From an uncultured bacterium (GTDB taxonomy: Bacteria > Omnitrophota > Gorgyraeia > Ghiorseimicrobiales > Ghiorseimicrobiaceae), in NCBI GenBank assembly GCA_913009335.1, contig CAJVXN010000001.1:71709-135708 (forward strand): a stretch of 64,000 bases of DNA, in the 5' to 3' direction. Both the position numbers and the translations under genes were made by a program. The notes under the pieces are model-generated. The model made no database searches. It was given only the letters and a program-made list of their open reading frames with translations, and was not told the origin of the DNA. How positions within the stretch are numbered: position 1 is the first letter of the stretch; each line of letters opens with the position of its first letter. Positions 42,301 through 54,300 of the stretch are shown one piece after another.

Positions 42301-45300
42301 GTCATCGGCAATAATGGTAGTGTATCCTCCCGCGGCAGATGTCTTATATTCTATGCTTATATTGGTTACATCACCGGTCGCGGTCCAGATAATATCTTTG
42401 GTCTCGCCCTTCTTCCAGACTTCTCCTGATTCAGGCACTGTTAAGTCTAGAGAACCGACGATCTTGATATCAAAGCCGGATACCTCATTGACATCGTCAT
42501 CATCATCATCTCTTACTCTTACTCTGATCGTATCGCTGATATCATTAGGTATGGTCCAGGAGTATGTTCCCTGCACGCCGCTTGCGCTATTGGTTACTGT
42601 ATTAACAGGTTGGAAATCGGCTGCAAAATTATCTTTTGAGTATTGTATCTCAACCTTGGCATATGTTCCTGTAGGAGTCCATTTGATATCCTGGGATGAG
42701 TTAACCGTCCACATCAATCCGCCTGTATCCGGAGCGTCGATTTGTATCTTACCTTCTATCTCGAAGAGATCGGATTCATCGCGGACCTTCAACGGGTTAT
42801 TTTCGTATTTCATTTCAATAACCGCTAATTTTTGATTGGCGGTTATAGCATCTATAGGCGGAGTCCAGGGATATGCGCGGTTATTATAATCATAAGGCAC
42901 GGTATCTATATTTGTAAACGGTGCACCCCCTGTTGTTGAATATCCGATAATTATATTACCCGCACCGACAGAGGTCCATTCGATATCAAATGTATCTCCT
43001 ACGCGCAAAACATCAGTACCTACAGGAGCAGTAACTTGAACATCACCAATTATAGAAAACTCCGGGCTCTCATCATATACAGTCGCATATGAAGTATCTG
43101 ATATCTTTATCATACCCTGGCTACTGATAACATCCTGGGTAGGCAATATTGTCCATGAATAAGGGGATAAACTTGCATCCCGCGATGCAACTAATGTTTC
43201 GGTATATGGCGCACCACCTGTTTTAGAATATTCTATTTTTACATCTGTGACTAAACCCGTAACCGTCCATTTGACATCATATGCACTGTTTACATTCCAC
43301 TCATCGGTACCTATAGGAGCATTTACCACAATCTTTGCCCTTACTTCAAAAGTACTACTTATAGTATCGGTTGCGGCAGAGTTATCCGGATCGGTAATCT
43401 TTAATAAACAGGTAGATGAAACAACATCAGAAGGAATTGTCCATCCGTAAGTTCCGGTATTAGAAACCAAGCCTGTACCTCCATCTATAGGATTCCAATT
43501 TTGACCATTATCACTGGAAAACTGAAGCAAAGCTGTTGCAATATCAACACCATTTGGCGTCCATGTTATAGTATACGGATCCCCGGAAATCAAAACCGCC
43601 GGAGGCTGAACCAATATAAATCCGCCTCTAATCTTAAATACATCAGATTCGTCAACTACCTCTGTCTCGTTGTCCGCGTCTGTTATCTTCACCTTAACTG
43701 TCTCGGATACATTATCCGGTATGGGATTCCAGCTATATGCCTGATCGGTTACGGGAACAGACGCGATAGGCGCTCCATAACCTAAACCATAATCATAATA
43801 GATATTTACTGTTCCGATGGAGCCGGTATAAATCCAGGTAATATTCTTATCGGTTGTGCCTACTTCCCAGTTAGCGGAAGAATTAGGCTGCTGTACGGTA
43901 ACGCTTCCGATGATATCAAAACTGGCGCTCTCGCCGAAGACGTTGTTGTTTACAGAATCCATTACTCTGACTTTTACGTTGTCGCTGACAGCATCCGGCA
44001 CATTATCCCAATTGGTAGTTAGATCACTTGCTGTAACACCTATGGCAATAGTATTGCCGGTATACGCGCCGCCGTCTACCGAGTAATGCACATCGACAGG
44101 ATTGACTTTAATTGAACTATCGATAGTCCAGTTGATTGCGTTACCGCTTGATGAGACTATTAGATTATCATCAAGCGCGGGTGTAGTTACGGTAATTACC
44201 GGCCTTATGGAGAATGCCGCGGCTGATACGCTTTGCACGTCAACAGGATGGGCAACATCGGATATCTTTATGTAGCAATCTTCTGAATTCTCATCGGCAA
44301 CTGATGTCCAGCTATAAGAGTTACCGCCCGCTAAATGGCCGGAGTCATCGGCAATAATCGTAGTGTATCCTCCCGCGGCAGATGTCTTATATTCTATGCT
44401 TATATTGGTTACATCACCGGTCGCGGTCCAGGTAATGTCTTTGGTCTCGCCCTTCTTCCAGACTTCTCCTGATTCAGGCACTGTTAGGTCTAATCCACCG
44501 ACTATCTTTACGTCAAAGCCGGATACATCATTGACATCATCATCATTATCATCTCTTACTCTTACCTTTACCGTATCGCTGATATCATTAGGTATGGTCC
44601 AGGAGTATGTTCCCTGCACGCCGCTTGCGCTATTGGTTACTGTATTAACAGGTTGGAAATCGGATGCAAAATTATCTTTAGAGTATTGTATCTCGATAGG
44701 GCCATATGTACCTGTGGGAGTCCATTTGATATCCCGGGAAGAATTAACCGTCCACATTAAACCTGATGTATCAGGCGCGTCGATTTGTATCTTACCTTCT
44801 ATCTCGAAGAGATCGGATTCATCTCTCACCTTTGTAGGATTATCCGCGTCTTTTATCTCGATGACCGCGTTCTTAAGATCAGTAGTTATGGAATCAATTG
44901 GCGGTGTCCAGGGATAAGAGCCTGAGCCGTAATCAAAGGCAACCGTATCTATGTTTGTAAACGGAGCTCCTCCTGTTATAGAATAGCCGATTACAACATT
45001 ACTTCCTACATCATAAAAACCTGTAGTTATCCAGGTGATATTAAACGGATCTGATACATGAAGGATATCGCTAGTTACGGGAGCACTTACAGCAATACCG
45101 CCTTTTACCATGAAGTTAGGAGATGTATCATAAACTACGGAATAAGAGGCGTCAGATACTTTTATCTTTGCCTGATCAGGTGTTCTTAAATCCTCTAGTG
45201 ATACATCAGTTACAGGTATGGCCCATGGATAAGGAGATAATGACGCGTCATATGAAGCAACCGCGGTTAACGGATATCCCGTACCGCCGTCTTTAGAGTA

Positions 45301-48300
45301 TTCAATCTTTACATTGCTTACCACGCCCGTAACAGTCCAGGCGATATTCTCGCTTGTTCCTACTACCCATTCATCACTTGCTATAGGATCAGAAAGGGTT
45401 ATCTTGGCTCTGACTTCAAAATTGCTGGCAATAGTATCTGTGGCAGATGGGTTATCCGGATCGGTTACCTTTATTAAACAGTTAGTTGAGGCAACATTAA
45501 CCGGAGCGGTCCAGGCGTATGTACCGGTATTAGGAGCATTGTTATCTATATCGGACCAGCCAGCCCCATTATCATCTGAAAATTCTAAAATAACATTAGA
45601 TATATCAGTACCGGTTCTATTCCAGGTAATATCATAACCTGTTCCGGAGATAAGTGTCGTAGGAGCTGACGGGAACGTAATCGTAAATCCGCCCCTGATA
45701 CTAAACACCTCAGACTCGTCAACTACCTCTGTTTCGTTGTCCGCGTCTGCTATCTTCACCTTAACTGTCTCGGATACATTATCCGGTATGGGATTCCAGC
45801 TATAAGACTGATCACTTACGGGAACAGACGCGATAGGCGCTCCATAACCTGTGCCATAGTCATAGTAGATATTCACTGTTCCGATGGAGCCGGTATAAAT
45901 CCAGGTAATATTCTTATCGGTTGTGCCTACTTCCCAGTTAGCGGAAGAATTAGGCTGCTGTACGGTAACGCTTCCGATAATATCGAAGCTTGCGCTCTCA
46001 GCATAAACGTTGTTGTTATCCACATCCATGACCCGGATTTGAACATTGCCGTCAATCGAATCCGGGACATTATCCCAGTCGGAAGCCTCAGCAATGGCAG
46101 AGACGGCAGTCTTGACTACATTAACGCCGTAACCTCCAGCGTTAATCTGATAGTGGATATCCACAGTGGTCACCTGAGCAGAACCGTTTAAGCTCCAGAT
46201 AATCGAATTGTTATCGGAACCTACGACTAAGTTATCGTCTAGGGCCGGGATGCTTACCGTGATTAACGGACGAATTGAGAATTGAGCCGACTCGCCAAAG
46301 ACATCATCATAATAGTTAACATCGGATACTCTGACATAGCAATCTTCTGAATTGATATCCGGTACTGCCAAGGCCCAGGTGTATGAATTGGCGCCGGCAG
46401 TGTGCCCCGGGTCATCAGCGACAATGGTGTTACCGGCATAGCTTCCGCCGGCAGAAGTCTTGTATTCTATCTTGACGTTAGTTACCGCGCCGGTTGAGGT
46501 CCATTCGATCAGTTTATTAGTCTCGTCTTTCTTCCAGACCGTAATGGCGGACGGGGTATCAACCACAATGTTACCGATGATGTTGAATGAGGCGGATATA
46601 GCGGTAACTTCATCAACGGTTCCTTCAGTATCCACATCTAAGATCTTGATCGTACTGCCGGTAATCAGGTTAGCCGGGACTGTCCAGCCAAAAGTGGTGG
46701 TAACATCAGAGTTAATGTCACCGCCGGTATCGATTAAGTTATATTGAGAGTTAAACCAATAGAACAGCCTGACCAGTCCCATGGTACCTTTGGAAGTCCC
46801 CCAATCGATGGTCTTGACCTGCCCTGCCCGCCAGTTGACGCCGGAAGAAGGCGCGCTGATAATAATCTTACCGATGATATCAAAGCTGGCGGAATCGCCG
46901 TAAACATTGGCATTGTCGTTGTCGATTACCCGCACTACCACATTGTCACTGATCGTATCGGGGATGTTATTCCAGGTATAATCTAAAGTAGCGTCAACCG
47001 TACCGCTCTCATCGATAACGTTAGTAAAGGGGCCGCCGTCATAACTGTAATATAATTTAACATTGCTTACCTTGGTAGAACCATTTAAATTCCAGGAGAT
47101 AGTATTACCTAAAGAATCGACTTCTAAGTTGACGTCTAAGGCAGGCGTAGTAACCGTAATTACCGGCCGGATAGAGAACTGCAAGGAATCACCATAGACA
47201 ATCGTAGAATTATTATAATCGGCCACCCGGATGTAGCAGTCCTCGCTGTTAACGTCCACTACGGTCCAGGGGTAAGAATTAGAGCCTTCGCCATAGGTTC
47301 CGCCGCCGGTATAGTTAGTCTCGATGTCATTCCAACTGCCCAGCGCCGTGGTCTTATATTGGATATTCACATTGGTGACATCGCCGTCTGAGGTCCAGCT
47401 GATATCTTTAACTTCGTCTTTTTTCCAGATCCTTCCCGCCTGCGGCTCGTTAATCGTAATCTTACCGCCTATAGTAATCGCATCCTGGGAGATAGAATAA
47501 ACGTTGGTATCGGCAGCATCCCTGACGCGAACTCTAATATCATTGCCCATGGCCGAGTTAGGGATCTGCGGCCAGACATAGGTAACCTGCACGCCGGAAC
47601 CGGAATTGGCCTCGGTAGCGATCAGCACCGGACTGAGGAAGTTGGCCGGGTTGGCATCCGGGGTATCCTTGGCGTAATGGATTTCAGTATTGCTGTAGAC
47701 ACCGGTAGGCGTCCATTTAATCTCTCTGGTGGTATCGCCCACGAACCAGGTCTGGGCCCCTACGTTAGGAGAATCAATCTGGATCTTACCTTTGATATTG
47801 AATTTATCCGATGTATCGGTAACCTCGGTGTTGTCCACATCGGTAATCTTGATATCCGCTTCCTTGATCGAGCCCCGGATAGAATCTGCCGGCGGTGACC
47901 AGAGTGTATAAGGACTGGAGTTAAAGGCTACGGTGGCTACCGTGGTATAGCTTTCGGTATCCTTTGGCCTGAACTCAATCTGCACATTACCCATATCCGC
48001 CGCCCCGGTACAGGTAGTGGTCCACTGGATATTAAAAATATCCAATACGGGAAGGGAATCATCAGTATCGGGTTTGGTTACGGTAACCGCGGCCTTGAGC
48101 ATAAAGGATTCCGAGGTATCATAGAGCGACGGGAAGCCGGCATCGGATACTTTTATCTTTGCCTGAGAGGTACTTAAAATGTCCTGGTCCGTAGGAATGT
48201 TCCATTCGAATGTTCCGGCAGAAGCCAAAACACCGACGCCGGTATCAACAAGATAGGCGTAGCCGTCACTGCCGTCATCTTTGGAGTATTCTATCTTGAC

Positions 48301-51300
48301 CGTAAAGTCAAGTCCGGTATGATTCCAGTCAATCAGGTTACCGGTCTGGGTGCCGATTAACCATTTAACCGTGGACAGCGGGGCAGTAACCGCTATATCC
48401 GGCAGGAGATAAAATGTGCCCGTAGTATCTACGGCGTCGGCATTATCCGGGTCGCTGATCTTGAACACGCACCCGGAATTTCTGACATCCACCGGCACAC
48501 TCCAGGCATAGGTGCCGGAATTGGTAACAAGGCCCGTATCGGTACTCTTATAATCTATGTTGTGCCAGACTGAGCCGTCGTAGAATTCTAATTTTGCCGT
48601 GGGTATTTCGGTCTGCAGGCCTAAGTTATCCCAGGTGATATCATAAGAAGTGCCGGATTTTAAAGGGGCTGCCGGCGTATTAATCGTGAATCCGCCCTTG
48701 ATCTTAAACGGCAGGGATTCGGCATATTCCTCGCCGGGGTTGTTTTCCGATTCTACCTTGACCTGGACATTCTCTGAGATTGTCGAAGGTATAGCCGGCC
48801 AGTTATAGGAATGGGTCTCTACTGCGATTGGCGCCGGGTTAATCGGAGCCGAATAAGCGCCACCGTCGTATTTATACCTTATATTTACATTACCTAAAGA
48901 ACCCGTATGCGTCCATGTTATATATTTATCCGTAGTAGCGGCCTGCCAGTTAGAACTGGAATCCGGTGTATGCACTCCATCGGTCATGGTGATACTGCCG
49001 ATAATATCGAAGCTGGAGGATAATCCGTAAACATTGGGATTGCCGGTGCCGCCTGATTTATCCAGGACCTTTACTACAACATCACCGCTTAAATAATCCC
49101 CGACATTATTCCAGTCAACCTTGCCTAATGTCGCATCCACTCCCGTTGCTATTGTTTTATCAAAAGGCCCGCCAATGCCGGTTGTGCTGAATAAGACGTC
49201 TGCTTCAGTTACTTTCACAGAGCCGTTTAAGCTCCATACAATACCATCAACGTATGAAGAACCAACAACCGTATTAGAATCAACCAATGGTTCTGAAACC
49301 GTTATAACAGGCCTGATGGAAAACGCGACCGCTGACTCAATAAATACATCAGAGTCGGCATTATCGGATATCTTTATATAACAGTCTTCCGAATTCTCAT
49401 CGGTAACGCCTGTTGTCCAGGCGTATTGGTTACTACCGTCAACGTGTCCGGTATCATTTAAAACAATAACATTATCATAGGCGCCGGCTAAAGAGGTCTT
49501 ATACCTGATATCCACGCTTGCAATCGAACCATTTGCCGTCCAGGTAACAACCTTATCCGTATCGCCCACATACCAGATTTGCCCGCCGTTAGGGCTCATA
49601 TTCGTAAAAGAACCCTTGATGCTAAACGGATTTTGCGATTGATCCGTAACCGGTATGCCGCCGATACTGGTAACTCTCACCTTCACATTATTATCGATAA
49701 AATCATCTATGGGGTCCCAGGGATAGACAAGGCTATCCGCCGCATAGCTTGCGGAGATAGTGTTAAAATCAAAACTAAAGTCATCATTAGAATATTCAAT
49801 CAACAGGTTGCCGATACTTCCTGTCTTGGTCCAGGTTATGTCGAATGGACCCCCAACAATTAATGTTTCATAGCCGTCGGGGTCTGTCAGATCAACCGAA
49901 CCTTTTATTATATTATCAGCTGTAGATTCGCCGTACACATTAGCGTTATCTTTATCTTTTACGCGGACTTTAACGGTATTGCCGATATTATCGTCTACGG
50001 TCCAGTTATAGGTTGTAGTCCCCTGGGAAAGGCTGCTCGTGGTTACCGGATTCCAGCTGGTGCCGTCGTGATAATCAATATCAAAACCCGGTATCGAAGT
50101 CGCATCGTATGACCATTCAATAGTGTATGATGTTTCGGCTATCATCTCATCCGCGTTCATCGGATAAACAATAGTAATATGTCCGATGATAGCGTTGTCA
50201 GTGGCGGATTCATCCGTTACATAGGCAGCATTGGATATCTCAAATATCTTTACCTTTACCGTGGCAGAAGACTCATCGGGAACGGTCCAGGAATGCGAAT
50301 TCTCGACCCCGGATGCTCCGGGAGCAAGGCTCGCCGCGCCGGCAACCGTATTCCAAATCGCGTGAGCGGCATCGGTTGAATATTCAATCTTCACATTAGT
50401 AATCGTACCCGTGGGAATCCATTTTATATCATAAGGAGTCCCGTAATCTATATTTATGCCTCCATTCGGCTGGGTTAACTCAAGGACACCCATTATTTCA
50501 AACCATGCCTGCGATTGGTCGGAACTATAGCTGGGAACATCGGGATCGCCAACCTTAGATATTCTGACGATAGTGTCGTTATTGGCTTTATTGGGAATAG
50601 TCCAGGGGAATTGCAAGGCAGAGGCATCGTATCCGCTAGATATAGGAGGGTCCTCCCAGATATTACCGCCGTCTAAGGAATATTCAATCTTTATCTGCGG
50701 AACATCGCCCCAGTATTCCCAGGTAATATTGGGGGTAGACTCTATTGCCCAGTGCTCGCCGCCATCGGGCGCGGTCAGATTTATTACCGGTTTAATCTTA
50801 AAATCAGCTATGGACTCATCGTTCACGCTCGCATCCGTAGTATCCCTGATGCGTATTCTGGCATTATCAGTCGTTACATCCACATACTCAGCGAGAGGAA
50901 TAGTCCAGGTATACGTACCCGCGCTGCCGCTTACAGATGATACAATTAGTTCCGAATATCCTCCAGTTCCGCTGATAGTATCTAAGTCTATTGCCACTGT
51001 AGCGATGCTTCCCGTAATACTCCAGTCAATTATGTTATTGTTCGCGGTTACTGTCCAAACTGTAGAAGCATTGGGATTACTACCGATAAAAACCGAACCC
51101 CTTATCCTGAACTTACTAACTAAGAATTCTTCCGTACTCACGCTATTATCTGACGCTTGCTCAATTTTAATTTTCGCATCAATAGTAGGATTATCCGGTA
51201 CTGTCCACTGATACGGCTGGGTATAGCCTACGGCAATCGTATCGAATGCCGGATCCCAACTTGCCCCATCAGTATCGCTAAAATGTAAATTAACATTGCC

Positions 51301-54300
51301 TAAACTTCCGGCATAAACCCAGGTAATATCTATAGGGCTGCCTCCGATATAATAAGTCTCACCGCCCACCGGAGCAGTCAACTTAACCTGGCCTTTTATT
51401 TCAAACGCTTGGGATTCCTGGAATATATGCAAAGCAGAATTAGCATGAGAAATATCCTCAATGGCTATCTTATTAGTCGTTCCGATATTATCGGGGATTG
51501 TCCAAAGATAGTTCCGGTTAAGGCCGTTAGTGCCGTCTGCTGTGGTAGTAAGCGTCGTATCAAATGTTGAGCCGTCCGCCGCGTATTTTATGGTAACCTG
51601 GTCAGTACCGCTTCCTAAATCACCGTAGTTATTCCAAATAATACTTTCCTCGCTGGTAAGCCCGGAGGCGACATTATCAACGCGCCAGGCATTCGCGCCA
51701 ATAATCGTAGCATCCGGCGCGACTATTTCCACTCTTCCTTTTATCTTAAAATCAGCGGGTGAAGTAACGGCAATAAAACTCTGATAATTATAACTCATTA
51801 ACTTAACGCGCACCTTATCGCCGATAGAATTGGGCACTGTCCAGTTATATAAATCTACATTGGATATGGCAGCACCGGCGGCGATATTCCTATCATATAA
51901 ATCTCCTCCGCTGTTTACATCGTAGGCAAGTTTTACCTGAGGTATCTTACCGTAAGTGCTCCAGGTAATATCATAACCGCCTGCCTGCTCTACCTCTAAT
52001 GTCTCACCGCCAATAGGCTGAGTAAGACTGAACCTTGACTGAACGACAAACGGCGTATCAGTCTCATCGGATATTGAGCCGTCGGTTTCCGAGGATATCT
52101 TTATGCGCGCGTATTCTGTGCGTTCGAAATCAAGAGTAGTAAAGAGGCCTGTGGGCATATCCCAGGAATAACTAAGATCATCGTCATCTAAGCCTGTTGC
52201 TATAGTATAGGCATAGTTAGGGGTTGAGTCTTTGGAAAACTCTATTTTAACAGTACCTAAGTCACCAACCTTATTCCAGGTGATAGACTCGGCAATATTT
52301 GACTCCCAGACAGGACTACCCACACCATTTGCCTCGCCTGTAAGGGCGACTGTTCCCTTTACCACAAAGTCAAAATCCGACTCGGAATGAACATCGGTTA
52401 TATCATCTGTCTTATAAACCTGAACCCGCGTATTCTGGCCGACCATACCCGGAACATCTAAAATCGTCCAATCATATGTTTCAAGATCAGAATTAATCGG
52501 GAGGGTGTTTATCGTTCCGTCATAAGGGCCGGCCGCGCCATTCGTGCTGTATTTTAACATCACCGTTCCAAAGGTATCGGGTATAGCGTTCCAGGTTACA
52601 GTTACTATATCCCCGATACTCTTTATAAGGCCTGTTTCATTAGGATACGTAAGCTTTACCTGCGGCTTAACAAAAAATGAGGCGGATTCACCGGCTGTAC
52701 CGGTAGTTAAACTTTCATCATTATCCACGGCTACTTTTATCATGCAGTCATTTCCGATATGCGTATCCAGAACGGTCCAATCCCAGTTTCCGGTAGTTAT
52801 ATCTACCACGCCTTCAGTTAAAGTAGTAGGATAGGATGTTCCGCCGTCTAATGATAATTTTATATCCACCATCCCGGTTACATTCCCGGTCAGGCCCCAC
52901 TGTATATTATACGTTTCTGCTACATCAGAAACTTTAACTACTTCCGCGCCTACGGGTTTATTAACCGTTACAGCACCCTTTATCTTAATTGACAGACTTT
53001 CATGATATATTGCCGCGTCATCAAAATCTTCTACCTTAATATATACTTCATCATAAATATCATTAGGGACTGTCCAGGGAAAACTACCCGTGCCGTCGCC
53101 AATATCCGCGGTCCATCCTGTCGGCTGGGTTATCTCATTCCAGATTCCTCCTGTGCCCTTCTTATAATATATTTTTACCTTATTACTGGCAAGCGCGCCA
53201 TCTATAGTCCACTGGATATTTTCACTTGCTCCTACGCGCCAGACCACACCCGCCGTAACAGGCCTGGTAATCGTAATTACGGAAACTATGGTAAAATTAG
53301 CCCCGGATTCTCCGGCGATTTCATTCGGCGCGTAAGAATCGGTCTGTATTTTAATAAGTCCTTGACTGGTAGGGTTTCCCGCAACAATCCAAGCCTGAAG
53401 CTGGTTAACTACGGGTAAATTAGAAAATATCTCACTCCAGGTACCGCCGTTATTTGTGGATAAGAATATATCTACTGTGCCCAATGTACCTACATAATTC
53501 CAGGTAATGTTTTTACTTTCTCCTATTTTCCAGGTATCTGATACTATAGGAGCTGTCACGGTAATACTTCCGTCAATATTAAATCCTGTTGCACTCTCAC
53601 TGGCAACAGCTGGATCCGTCGCCCACCTTATCCTAATCTTGGCTTGTGCGCTTACCAAAGGCGGCACTACACTCCATCCGGTATAAGGCGATGTATCGGC
53701 TGCAACTATAGCTAAGAGGTCATCGTAAGTCGCGCCGTCATTTCTGGAAAGATGTATTTCTAAATTCTGGGTTGAAGGATTGGGCAATTTATGCGTCCAG
53801 GGGATACTGGGGTTTGTCCCTACCAACCAGGGAGTAGTAAGCGAACCTAAAGTTACATCACCTTTTATTCTAAAGTTTGCTGCTGATTCATCATAGACTC
53901 TTGTTTCTTCGCCTTGCTGTTCTATTTTTACTTTATGCGTTACCCCTATATTTCCGTCTACCGGATTCCACTGCCAGGTCGTAGGACTTGCCGACACAGT
54001 AGCCAAGGTCGTAAGATATCCGCCGCTGCCGCTGGACTCATCGCGTTTTATAACAATATTTCCGATATCCGCGGCATCTCCATAAATAGTCCAGTTAATA
54101 TCATATGAATCACCATAAAACCATTCCTCTCCGCCATCAGGTTGATCCAGTTGAACCTTTGCAATAATCTCAAAGTTAGTGTCAGATTCATCCGAACTGT
54201 AGGTATCGTCAGTGCGGCCAAACTCATTCCAGTTGACGTCTCTGACTTTCACTTTTAAGGTATCCGTAAGAATACCAATCATATCAGTTGTGGTTTCATT

